A stretch of DNA of 64,000 bases, taken from assembly GCA_965227295.1 (NCBI GenBank), contig OZ245742.1, positions 5,728,001 through 5,792,000 on the forward strand, given 5' to 3'. A program made the translations under genes and the position numbers. Numbering within the stretch: position 1 is the first letter of the stretch; every line of letters begins with the position of its first letter. Below the pieces are notes generated by a model. That model had not been told where the DNA came from. It saw nothing but the letters and a program-made list of their open reading frames with translations, and ran no database searches. Shown piece by piece: positions 49,601-57,991 of the stretch. Origin of the DNA: Leptonemataceae bacterium. Lineage in GTDB: Bacteria > Spirochaetota > Leptospiria > Leptospirales > Leptonemataceae.

Positions 49601-50417
49601 AGATACCGAAAACATGCACGGTACGATCCGGCAACGGTTGCAAATCCTTACGACGATCCACTAATACGCGGCGCGCGTACTCCGCGAGGCTGACGACGCC
49701 CAGGCGATCGATCAACCCGGCCTGGCGCTCCCCGTCGCGTTCGAAGCCGAAGACACGCCGGTACAATTCACGCTGGGCGCGGAACATCGGCCGCACGTTC
49801 TCCGCCGTGCCGCCCTCGGTTTCGATGGGACCGGGATCGATGGACGGACGCTTAAGCCAGGTGGACAGCGTGGAATGGCGATGGTACTCGTACTCGCGAA
49901 AGAGACCGGCCAGACGCCGCGCGAGATAGTAGCCCCGGCGTTCGGCCGCGCCCGGTCTCTCCGCGCCCCGCTGCAGGTATTCGTGCAGCACGGCCAGCTC
50001 CGGCGCGCGCATGACCTCGTCGTCGGCGAAGACACCGAGAATTGCAAAGATTAGATGATCGTCAGTTAAGAGACGCGGTCGTTCCTTTGCCGGATCCAGC
50101 TCCGTAAGGATCGTGAAAAAACCTTCTTCGAGAAACTGAAAGTTCACGTGGGCGCATACGCCGCGGGCGCCCGGGCCGCCGTCCTGCCGGGACAAACGCA
50201 TCTGCAACCAGCGGCGCAGGTTGCGGTTCGGCACGAGCACGAGCGGCGGCGCGAAGGGATCGTAGCGATCGTGCATGGTGTCGCCCGTAACGGAGGCGAA
50301 CAGCCTGCGTGCCAGGCGTTCGAGATCATCGCTGAAGTACGCTTCGATCCGGCGACCGGCGTGCCGGCGCTCGGGGGAGAACAACTCCAGCTGTGCTTCG
50401 GAGGACGGGCGCTTCAC
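46602..50417 (-). CDS. recC: exodeoxyribonuclease V gamma subunit
   Basis: SDDLERL, DPF...VLVPN...WLQ, RREIE, TDIAVLLPD, LRPMRPVPFR; 4-bp overlap with recB. Confidence 0.92.
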   Translation of the reverse strand: MKRPSSEAQLELFSPERRHAGRRIEAYFSDDLERLARRLFASVTGDTMHDRYDPFAPPLVLVPNRNLRRWLQMRLSRQDGGPGARGVCAHVNFQFLEEGFFTILTELDPAKERPRLLTDDHLIFAILGVFADDEVMRAPELAVLHEYLQRGAERPGAAERRGYYLARRLAGLFREYEYHRHSTLSTWLKRPSIDPGPIETEGGTAENVRPMFRAQRELYRRVFGFERDGERQAGLIDRLGVVSLAEYARRVLVDRRKDLQPLPDRTVHVFGISQLSRLHTRMIFELGEFADFRFYLPAAHRAYAGVFESTSPGEDDWTACTSVADPEMIDVDGLGDERLRTDSGARLFDLWGKPAREMFYLLAANARPNDVFYADTRSRAPARTLLHHIQRSLAGNPRRANDGARGTVRQDDSVRIVGCPGRRREIETVFHSILQNMQADPSLRLTDIAVLLPDMERYRGIIEAVFDAGRDEFDRPLLPYNLTDFSAGNESVYTAGLTALLDLCESAFTRKDVFEFAMNDAFLASPAAHGVAREQVLAWVDWADRLNVYRGFDASHQRELEVNDDGLYTWQHALRRLRLGRIMQSNDEAVFEDVEPFEDMHSRDERSLAVLSTVLEDLRFRLRQCTESCAAGKPEALDELRAILHEYLAPPPERPAESRVRDEIFAALADFQNFLSVTGQTLSFALLRAYLLDHGRSISGSRGGYLSGGVTIASLRPMRPVPFRIVYIPGLGESGDFPGRADVSALNLLTAKRRIGDANAPEVHRLLFLENLLLSVKDRLYLLYECRDTRKDREFQPCSPVAEFESVLSEEFLGGAAFRRDFVPLRLSGERYLQRCEENADVMANFSVEDRSVALLNAARRSLLSDAQEKLSDLPASLLRRSFRPAELQATGAMHESVGELVDLRDLKAFLVSPAEALLRRRHGLRPDTEDEGVQRTRKEDEPFYSKFPENIRLPVDALHAALGRNVSVDELPEAVTEIILKRYQREMLRGRMPHGAFAGRDRRLLVNLIRRRSAILQAWHAKHPFDRRCLVVFGEDAAARRFANDSALTMLQRPALQLSLQDETLPLELNGSAGHVAWLDEQGRLAGCLTISGASGVRPEDYLGGFLFAMMLYAAEAAADFAEPAPAFEVQVVAREKSDRIVLTDPGRATARAYLQSLCEDFLFGTFHDVPLAAVLGKTTMRPWATGHGADAETRAQYRREIHELREAEREDRDGLLRLVASMERGGEDLLPRDVYDLVQRRFALPGPLLAPEKAAKSSSKKVSKAGGPA

Positions 50418-50449
50418 GGCTACTAAGGTATGCGCAAATGATCTTAGTG

Positions 50450-50493
50450 ATTATCCACAGGATAGTCGCAGCCGCCGGAGGCGTGTGGATAAT
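50450..50493. promoter_or_regulatory. pair of inverted perfect DnaA boxes upstream of recC
   Basis: TTATCCACA (50451-50459) and TGTGGATAA (50484-50492), 24 bp apart. Confidence 0.7.
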
Positions 50494-50547
50494 TATGTCA
50501 CATTAGATTATGTCGCTTTTAGTTTGTATGCCGCGGCGTGGTGCCGG

Positions 50548-51048
50548 TCAATCGTTTTGTGCTTCGTCCGGTTCGCCCGGGTCCACCGCCACCATGACGT
50601 TGGCGAGGCCGTTCTCGGCAAACTCGTTCAGATACACGTGCATGAGATTATGGAAGAGATCGTCCTCGCTCATGCCTTCCGGGAGCTGCTCCTTGTTTTC
50701 GATCATGATCTCGGCGTCGCGGGAAGCCAGGCCCTGCCCCAGAGACGCCCAGAAGTTCTGCCGCCCGAAGTTCTCCACAAACTCCAGGGCCGCGGATTCG
50801 AAATCTTCGGACACCGTAATACCCTCCTCGCCGGACTGCGCCACAAGGTCGGCCGCACCGAAATCCTGCGCCCGCTGAAAGAGTTTCACCAGGGTCTCGT
50901 CGTAGACCTCCGGCAGCATCGATTCCTCGTCGCCATCTTCGTCACCGTCGTCCTCGTCTTGCGCCAACGACAGGACGACGGAACCGAGGTAGGCCATCAT
51001 CGCCAGCGCGCGGTACTGATCTTCACTGAGTTCCAGGTTCGTATTCAT
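50548..51048 (-). CDS. acidic hypothetical protein
   Basis: 166 aa, strongly D/E-rich; clean ATG ORF between recC and rsgA. Confidence 0.7.
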   Translation of the reverse strand: MNTNLELSEDQYRALAMMAYLGSVVLSLAQDEDDGDEDGDEESMLPEVYDETLVKLFQRAQDFGAADLVAQSGEEGITVSEDFESAALEFVENFGRQNFWASLGQGLASRDAEIMIENKEQLPEGMSEDDLFHNLMHVYLNEFAENGLANVMVAVDPGEPDEAQND

Positions 51049-51228
51049 AGTGCAACGACGGCGAAGGCCATGGAACCCGCTGTCCAGCCGAAAACGGAAA
51101 GGCGCTTGACGAAATCCCGCAATCGCAGGATTCTCACTTTCGGTTCGTCTATGACTGTTTGATCCACCCCCGCCGTTTTGCCCCGGTCCATACCGGAGAG
51201 GCGCTTTCGCGCCGAAACAGGATCAATC

Positions 51229-52413
51229 ATGTCCGAACAGAATTTGACGAACCCATCGTTCCGCCCGCTCGAACCCCTGGGCTGGGACCCCTATTTCGAA
51301 ACACAGTACCGCAACGCCCTTACGCGCTGCCCCGAACGCGAGTCCGACGCCGATTCCGTCTATGTCCCCGGCCGCGTCTTCGACGAGCGCCGGGACAGCT
51401 TCATCGTGCGCGGGCCACTAATATCTTCTGAACCTTTGTTAGAAGATTACACCGCGCGCCTGTCCGGTCGACTGCGCGGTCTCATCGCCGGCGGTGACGC
51501 GGTCCGCCCCGTGGCCGGAGACTGGGTGGTTCTCCGCATTGCCGGCTCCCGGGCGGCGCTCATCGAGGCCGTCTGCGAACGGCGCACCGATTTTTCACGC
51601 AAGGAGCCCGGGGAACGCACCGTGCGACGAACGGTCGCCGCGAACGTGGACGGCGTGCTGTTGGTTCAGGGCCTCGACGGGAACTACAATCCGCGACGCA
51701 CGGAACGGTATCTCACGGCCGCTTACGAAAGCGGCGCGCGGCCCATCATCGTGTTGAACAAGGCCGACCTCTGCGACAAAGATCAACTCGACGATCGTTT
51801 GCGCGAAACGGCCGCCGTCGCCCTCGGTGCTCCGCTCTTTGCGATCAGCGCCGGCGAAGGCACCGGCATTGCCGATCTGCGTTCCGTACTCGAAGCGCGT
51901 AAGACCTACGCCTGCCTGGGCAGTTCCGGGGCGGGCAAGTCCACGTTGATCAATCGCCTGATGGGCCGGGACGCTCAGGCGACGGCGTCCGTGCGCGGCG
52001 GCGACGCGAAGGGCCGTCACACGACGACGGCGCGGCGTTTGTTGAGTACGCCCGAGGGCATACTGCTCCTCGACACGCCGGGACTGCGCGAGCTGCAATT
52101 GTGGAGCGACGGCGGAGATACCGCCGAAGGCCTCGCCGAAGCTTTCGCGGACGTCCTTGCCCCGGCCGCGCATTGCCGCTTTCGGGATTGCTGCCACGAG
52201 GACGAACCCGGTTGTGCCGTGCAGGCGGCGATCGCCTCCGGTGAACTCGAGGCCTCACGCTTGAAGGCCTACCGTAAGATGCAACGCGAACTCCGTGTCC
52301 TGGAAGCTCGCAGCAACGAACGCGCGGCCTACGAAGAGAAACACCGTTTGAAAAGATTGCACGGCACGTATCGCAATATTCAACGCGAGAAACGCCGACG
52401 TCAGGGAAGATAG
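51229..52413 (+). CDS. rsgA: ribosome small subunit-dependent GTPase A
   Basis: Circularly permuted motifs NKAD, GSSGAGKS, GRHTT, DTPG; Zn finger CRFRDCCHEDEPGC. Confidence 0.95.
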   Translation: MSEQNLTNPSFRPLEPLGWDPYFETQYRNALTRCPERESDADSVYVPGRVFDERRDSFIVRGPLISSEPLLEDYTARLSGRLRGLIAGGDAVRPVAGDWVVLRIAGSRAALIEAVCERRTDFSRKEPGERTVRRTVAANVDGVLLVQGLDGNYNPRRTERYLTAAYESGARPIIVLNKADLCDKDQLDDRLRETAAVALGAPLFAISAGEGTGIADLRSVLEARKTYACLGSSGAGKSTLINRLMGRDAQATASVRGGDAKGRHTTTARRLLSTPEGILLLDTPGLRELQLWSDGGDTAEGLAEAFADVLAPAAHCRFRDCCHEDEPGCAVQAAIASGELEASRLKAYRKMQRELRVLEARSNERAAYEEKHRLKRLHGTYRNIQREKRRRQGR

Positions 52414-52506
52414 TTTCATCCATTGCGCAATCCCGTTCGGACGGCGCCGTTTTTTTGCGTTTACAAATACGTGAAGCAACGGTGTCGTCTGTCCGGGAGC
52501 GAAGCA

Positions 52507-54393
52507 TTGAATCAAATCGGCGATTACGCACTTATCGGAGACTGCCATTCCGCGGCCCTGGTCGGCAAGGACGGTTCCATCGACTGGGCCTGCTTTCCCC
52601 GCTTTGATTCGCCGTCGGTCTTCGGTCGCATCCTGGACGAAAGCGCCGGCGGTTTCTTTCGGATCTGTCCGGCCGGCGCCCTCGACGGCGAAGGCACGTT
52701 AATGGACGGCACAGTCGTACAGCGGCGCTATCTTCCGAACACAAACGTTCTGGTTTCGCGCTTTGAAATCGGCGAGGCAATCCTCGAGGTAACCGATTGC
52801 ATGCCCGTGCGCCGCTATCAACCGGAGGACGCCTCCCGGGTCCGGGGCTTCGGTGCCATCTTACGCAAAGTACAGTGCATCGCCGGAAATCTCGACGTCC
52901 GCGTAAGCATCAACCCGCGCTTCGAGTACGGTTCGTTCACGCCGCGCTTTCGGGCCACATCCGAACGTACGATTGAAGTCGTCGGCGGGGCGGACGCGCT
53001 CTGGATCACCACGACGCATCCGCTGCCGTGCACCAAAGACAGCCTGGACACCATCGTTTCGCTAACATACGGCGAGACAATGTTTATCGAAGCGGCCTGG
53101 TCGGTGTCCCACGAGGAACGTTTACCGGAAGAACATCCCTCCGGCGCAGACCTGGCCGAGCGCCTGGAGAGTACCGTCGAGTTCTGGCACCAGTGGATCG
53201 GCCAGTGTCGCTACATCGGCGAGTTCGAAGAGCCGGTGCGCCGGAGCGCCCTGGTCCTTAAGATGCTCACGTACGCACCTACGGGGGCCGTGGTCGCCGC
53301 GCCGACGACTTCGTTACCGGAAGAAATCGGCGGCGTGCGCAACTGGGACTATCGTTACACCTGGATTCGCGACACCACGCTCACGCTCATCTCCCTGCTT
53401 GTGCTGGGCTTCCGCGCCGAGGCCGACGACTATCGTCAGTGGTTCCGCCGCACGTCCGCCGGTCGCGCGGAGGACCTGCAAATCATGTACGGCATCGACG
53501 GTACGCGTTCGCTGCCGGAGATCGAGCTCAGTCACCTGGCCGGCCATCGCGGTTCGAAGCCGGTACGCATCGGCAACGGCGCCGTAAAACAGATGCAACT
53601 CGATGTTTACGGTTCCATCTTACAGATCGTGTACATCTACGTGAAGACCGGCGGCACCGTTACGGAGACGAACTGGGAATTCCTGCGCGGCCTGGCCGAC
53701 ATCGTCTGTGAGCGCTGGGAGAAACCGGACCAGGGCATCTGGGAAATCCGCGACGAGCCGCGCCACTTCATTCACAGCAAGCTGTTGTGCTGGGCCGCGC
53801 TGGACCGCGCGGTCAAACTCTCCGAAAGAAACAATCTCCCGGGTGATCGCATCAACTGGAAGAACCACTGCGAACGGGTGCGTGAGTACTTAATGGAAGA
53901 AGGCGCGCGTCCCGGTTGGTTCCCGCAGTCCGTGGGCAGCGAGGCCGCCGACGCCTCGTCGCTGCTCGTCCCCGCCATGGGCTTTCTGCCGCCGAAACAT
54001 CCCGCGGTTCTCGCCACGATCGAAAACGTGCGCGATCAGCTCGAAAACGACGGCCTGGTGTATCGTTACCTGGCCGGCGACGGCCTGGACGGCCACGAGG
54101 GCGGCTTTCTGTTGTGTTCGTTCTGGTTGCTCGACGCCCTCATTCACAGCGGCCGCCTGGACGAAAGCGAGAAACTGCTGCAACGACTGCTCGCCCTGGA
54201 GAACGACGTCGGCCTCTATGCCGAAGAAGCCATCCCCGAAAGCGGTGAGGCCCTGGGAAACTTTCCGCAAGCTTTCACTCACATGGCGTTAGTGACTTCC
54301 TGCGCGCATCTGTCAGCGGCGCGGCGGGGGGCTCTGCCGCCGGACGGGACCGCGTACGACTTTGCCGAGTTTGCGCTGTCGCAGTTGCGATAA
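52507..54393 (+). CDS. glycoside hydrolase family 15 (trehalase/glucoamylase-like)
   Basis: IGDYALIGDC, AAPTTSLPE, RNWDYRYTWIRD, GIWEIR, GNFPQAFTH; start uncertain. Confidence 0.93.
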   Translation: MNQIGDYALIGDCHSAALVGKDGSIDWACFPRFDSPSVFGRILDESAGGFFRICPAGALDGEGTLMDGTVVQRRYLPNTNVLVSRFEIGEAILEVTDCMPVRRYQPEDASRVRGFGAILRKVQCIAGNLDVRVSINPRFEYGSFTPRFRATSERTIEVVGGADALWITTTHPLPCTKDSLDTIVSLTYGETMFIEAAWSVSHEERLPEEHPSGADLAERLESTVEFWHQWIGQCRYIGEFEEPVRRSALVLKMLTYAPTGAVVAAPTTSLPEEIGGVRNWDYRYTWIRDTTLTLISLLVLGFRAEADDYRQWFRRTSAGRAEDLQIMYGIDGTRSLPEIELSHLAGHRGSKPVRIGNGAVKQMQLDVYGSILQIVYIYVKTGGTVTETNWEFLRGLADIVCERWEKPDQGIWEIRDEPRHFIHSKLLCWAALDRAVKLSERNNLPGDRINWKNHCERVREYLMEEGARPGWFPQSVGSEAADASSLLVPAMGFLPPKHPAVLATIENVRDQLENDGLVYRYLAGDGLDGHEGGFLLCSFWLLDALIHSGRLDESEKLLQRLLALENDVGLYAEEAIPESGEALGNFPQAFTHMALVTSCAHLSAARRGALPPDGTAYDFAEFALSQLR

Positions 54394-54416
54394 CTATTCC
54401 GGCGCGAAGCATTGCC

Positions 54417-55244
54417 TCATTGGCACGGCGCGTCGCCGTTCTGGACGAGGTATTCCTCGCCGGCCTCATCGTAGTAAATCGAAACGCCGTCTTCGCTCAC
54501 CGATCCGCCCGAATTGGTTCGGAGCTGCCAGCAGCGCGGCTCCGCGGCAGCGCGCGCCCGGTTCGTTCGCGCGTCCACGTAGATCGTGCGATCCGCCGCG
54601 CGTACGTACGCGCCGCCGGAATCCGGCGCCCACACCGGGCCGTCCGTGTACGGGATGTCGGAGACGTATACATCGTTTGCAAACTGCAGTTTATTCGAAG
54701 CTAACACCCCGATGCGCAATCGCCAGAGGTCCGTTCCCGGCGGCGCATCCATGCCGGGGCGCAGTTCTTCGAGCACCGCCACGAACTTCGCGTCCGGCGA
54801 CGGTACCGCGGCGATGATCTGCATGGAATCATCCTGGGGCAAATCATGCAACTGAACTGCGGCGTCACGCTCGCGCACATAGACCGCACGCGCCGCCGAG
54901 CCGTAGTCGTCGCCGGTGCCGCCGAGAAAGACGAAGGCATTCGGCCGTACGGCATACAGTGAATCCGCAACGATCCAGCCCGGGAACTCAAACGCCGGCG
55001 CCGAACGAACGTTTTTGCCCCGTATCTCAAGGGCGAGGACCTCCGTGCGATAGTCGCGCTTGTGAGTCGTGCCCGAGAGCGGATCCAGGGGTGCCTTCTC
55101 GCGATAGTGCAAGCGCACTTCGGCAAAACTCCGGCCGCCCAACCAGGCAATGCTGCGATCCGGACCGCCGGACCGCCAGAACAGCATCCGGCAGCCGGCG
55201 GCCAGGGCGAGCAGCAGCATCAGACTAACTATAACCCACCGCAA
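54417..55244 (-). CDS. hypothetical lipoprotein (TolB-like propeller segments)
   Basis: Lipobox LAAGC; PSPDAKFVAV and WAPDSGG motifs; adjacent to the upstream gene's stop. Confidence 0.65.
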   Translation of the reverse strand: MRWVIVSLMLLLALAAGCRMLFWRSGGPDRSIAWLGGRSFAEVRLHYREKAPLDPLSGTTHKRDYRTEVLALEIRGKNVRSAPAFEFPGWIVADSLYAVRPNAFVFLGGTGDDYGSAARAVYVRERDAAVQLHDLPQDDSMQIIAAVPSPDAKFVAVLEELRPGMDAPPGTDLWRLRIGVLASNKLQFANDVYVSDIPYTDGPVWAPDSGGAYVRAADRTIYVDARTNRARAAAEPRCWQLRTNSGGSVSEDGVSIYYDEAGEEYLVQNGDAPCQ

Positions 55245-55245
55245 G

Positions 55246-56520
55246 TTACTGACCGCTCAATTCCTGGAGCCGGCGCAGGCGACGATCTTTGTCCGGCGAC
55301 TGCCACTGCTCGTCCGAGAAGTCGTCGAAGCTGTAGCTCCGCGTCGTGTGCGTTTTGTCCGTATACGGAATGTAGAGCAGGATCGGCTCCTTCTTCGGTT
55401 CCGCCGTCTCGATGGCCTTGAGTTTGGTAGGATCTTCCAGCCAGGACGCCGGGAACGGCAGATTCTCGCAGGTACCGCGCAGGTCACGCAATACGAAGCG
55501 CCCCTCGTAACCGTTGTCCCGAAAGATCTTACCGAAGAACTCGAACGTTACGATCTGCCGGCCCGGGCTCAGCACTTTATCGACGGCGGCCCAGTGCGTG
55601 GGCTCGTCCGCCTCGATCGAAAACAAATTCGCGTGCAGACTGTAACGACATTCGCGGCTCACATCCAGAACGGCGTCGATGTAGAGCGAGCCGTTCTCCA
55701 GACGATCCGTAAACTGTCCGGTAAAACGTGCCGGTACCATGGGCGACGAGTAAAACGATTGCTGGAGTTCCACCTCGCTGTCGCCCTCGAGGCCGGGCAC
55801 CCGCGCGCGTACTTTCAACGTGAGGTTGCCCCAGTACTTCTTGTCTCCCGACGGCGCCTCCCAGGTGAAGACGTAACCGCCGCCGGCGTTCTCTTTGAAC
55901 TCCACACTGCCGAGTCCGGGTTTACCGAAGTTCGGATCGCCTTCGAGTTGCGCGCCGAGAATCTCCACCCCGCCCACGGGACCGCCGTTCGCATCCAGAA
56001 CGCTGAGTCGTGCTTCCAGGGTATCGTCCGAGGTAACGGTATGTTTGTTGAGTTCGAAGACAAAACGCGGCGCGCCCTTTGCGCGTTTGTCCAGTTCTTG
56101 CAGGACCTCTTCTTTCGATTTACCGCCCGCCGCCAGTTCTTCGACGTACTTGCGCAGTTGCTCTTCAGTGCGCAGGTTCGGATCGTTTAAAATCGGCAGC
56201 GGAAGATTCTTGATCTGCCAGGGATTGATCAGGTCCGTCATGTCGCGGCGCAGCGGTCGTGAGTTCGGCGGGTACTGCGCGTAGGATCGATACGATTCCA
56301 GCATGGCCTCCGGGGACGGACCGCGTTCCACCAGGCGTTCCAGTTCCCGCGGCGACAGGAAGCCCTCGTCACCGGTGCGAGAAATTACGTCGTCGCCGCG
56401 CCCGAACTCACCGGCCGGGCCGTCCAGAATGCCGCCGGATTCTTCGCCGGACATGAGGAAGATCAGTACAATCAACAGTACGGCCGCGACCGCAATGGGA
56501 ATCAGAAGTTTCGCTTTCAT
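55246..56520 (-). CDS. membrane-anchored hypothetical protein
   Basis: N-terminal TM helix; YPPNSRPL segment; beta-rich C-terminal half; 424 aa. Confidence 0.75.
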   Translation of the reverse strand: MKAKLLIPIAVAAVLLIVLIFLMSGEESGGILDGPAGEFGRGDDVISRTGDEGFLSPRELERLVERGPSPEAMLESYRSYAQYPPNSRPLRRDMTDLINPWQIKNLPLPILNDPNLRTEEQLRKYVEELAAGGKSKEEVLQELDKRAKGAPRFVFELNKHTVTSDDTLEARLSVLDANGGPVGGVEILGAQLEGDPNFGKPGLGSVEFKENAGGGYVFTWEAPSGDKKYWGNLTLKVRARVPGLEGDSEVELQQSFYSSPMVPARFTGQFTDRLENGSLYIDAVLDVSRECRYSLHANLFSIEADEPTHWAAVDKVLSPGRQIVTFEFFGKIFRDNGYEGRFVLRDLRGTCENLPFPASWLEDPTKLKAIETAEPKKEPILLYIPYTDKTHTTRSYSFDDFSDEQWQSPDKDRRLRRLQELSGQ

Positions 56521-56582
56521 TCAATCAACTCGTGTATTTGGATTTCCCTCAGTATGCCACTTGCCTCTTTTCTATGAACAAC

Positions 56583-56611
56583 AAAAAAGCCCCCGCTTTA
56601 CGGAGGCTTTT
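56583..56611 (-). terminator. rho-independent terminator downstream of the secreted hydrolase
   Basis: Minus strand AGCCTCCG-TAAAG-CGGGGGCT followed by TTTTT. Confidence 0.8.
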
Positions 56612-56772
56612 GTTTACTTCGGGGCGCTTACGCGCCCGTCCGTGTCTTGTTTCCTTTTAGTGACAACTCTTATCCTGTATACTCTCTAACTTTCTTTTAT
56701 GTTTCTTTAACGCTTTGTTTTTATGTGTGCGTCGGTAAGACTCTTCGCATGAACCGCCGGTGTGCGGGCTGC

Positions 56773-57624
56773 CTACTGGCAACCCCATCCGCTGGATTTA
56801 CACCGGTTCCATTCCCGTTTTGTAGCGTCGTTGATCGAACTGCCGCCGTCGCCGACGTGCGTGCGATCGTAGCCCTGCTTGGAGCTGCTGTAATCGCTGC
56901 TCGATGAACCGCCCCAGATGTAGTGATAGGAATACTTTGCTTTGTCGCACTTGCTGTGGCTGCCCTTGCTGCTGTGACCGCAGGTGCTGTGGAAGGAGAC
57001 CGCGCCGTCATCTTCGCCGGGCAGATACCAGGCTGAATACCAATCGCCGTCGTAGCCGGCGAGGCTCCAGATGCCCACGCCCTTCGTGTCGTTGTGGTTG
57101 TAGGAACCGCGGGCGTTGCCGGTCTTCAGTGCGGAGACCATGCTGTTGGATTCCCAGAACGCGAGGTCCGCAAGCTCGGAACCGCCGGCCGCGCTGGAAG
57201 ACGCCATGACCCAGTCGATGTTAAAGCTGCCGCTCGTCTTATCGAGGAAGTACTCGGTGGCGTAGCAACCGGCACTGTGGCAGATGACCTTGCAGTGATT
57301 CGAACCCGTGCAGCGCTGGTTCAGCACCGTGTTGAGGCTCGACTGCGCGCGGCAAGATCCCCAGGTCCGCGGGTCCGAAGATCCGTCGTAGCCGACGAAG
57401 TAGCGGGTCAGCGAGGTATTGATGTTCTTCGCGTTGCCCCAGTAGTTACCGTTGTCGCTCGTGCTGGTGCCGCAGTGGTTGCTGCCGGAGCGGCCGTGAA
57501 CGAAGATAACATAATCTGCCGCCGCGAGCTCCCCCGAACCCGCGACAAACAGAACCCCGGCCGCCGCCAGAACGGCAACCTGGAACAGACTCTGAACTTT
57601 CTTATGAACTCTCTTTGTTTGCAT
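56773..57624 (-). CDS. secreted alpha/beta hydrolase (lipase-like)
   Basis: Signal peptide; IFVHG oxyanion loop, ICHSAG elbow, GGSELAD, PGEDDGAV; Cys/Ser/Gly-rich. Confidence 0.85.
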   Translation of the reverse strand: MQTKRVHKKVQSLFQVAVLAAAGVLFVAGSGELAAADYVIFVHGRSGSNHCGTSTSDNGNYWGNAKNINTSLTRYFVGYDGSSDPRTWGSCRAQSSLNTVLNQRCTGSNHCKVICHSAGCYATEYFLDKTSGSFNIDWVMASSSAAGGSELADLAFWESNSMVSALKTGNARGSYNHNDTKGVGIWSLAGYDGDWYSAWYLPGEDDGAVSFHSTCGHSSKGSHSKCDKAKYSYHYIWGGSSSSDYSSSKQGYDRTHVGDGGSSINDATKREWNRCKSSGWGCQ

Positions 57625-57660
57625 GACGATTCCTGTTTGTGTCAGTGATGGGAATAGTAT

Positions 57661-57677
57661 TGCACAACCCGTGCCAG
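57661..57677 (-). promoter_or_regulatory. sigma54 (-24/-12) promoter
   Basis: Minus strand CTGGCACGGGTTGTGCA = TGGCACG-N4-(G)TGCA with GG-N10-GC spacing, 36 nt before the ATG. Confidence 0.75.
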
Positions 57678-57813
57678 CTTCGTGAAAATAACGAATTCGT
57701 GACTAAAAAGTCCGCCAATACAGCAAAGATCGCAATTTCTTCCACAATAACGACGCAGCGAGGGCATGCCATGCCTGCCATAGTGCACCGCAAACCCACA
57801 GAATTAACAGTTC

Positions 57814-57906
57814 TGCACCAAAGGACTAATCTATTTTGGTGCATCCCGAAATCCCGCCCCTGGCTTAATCTCAATCCAGCACTATTTTGGTGCGCAATTT
57901 GTGCGC
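57814..57906. promoter_or_regulatory. NtrC-like enhancer (UAS) sites
   Basis: GCAC-TATTTTG-GTGC (57879-57893); TGCACCAAA-N12-TTTGGTGCA (57814-57843); CTATTTTGGTGC repeated at 57831 and 57882. Confidence 0.65.
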
Positions 57907-57991
57907 CTTCCCCCCGGCGGACAGAGCAGCCATCGCCTGGCCCTCCAAAAATCGGCTTGCGAATCCAGGGCTGCCATGCTTCGTACGTTGT

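Noticed and set aside
50418..50547. Replication origin
   Set aside because: Only two DnaA boxes, short region, no dnaA/dnaN or other origin-linked genes; kept as a regulatory finding
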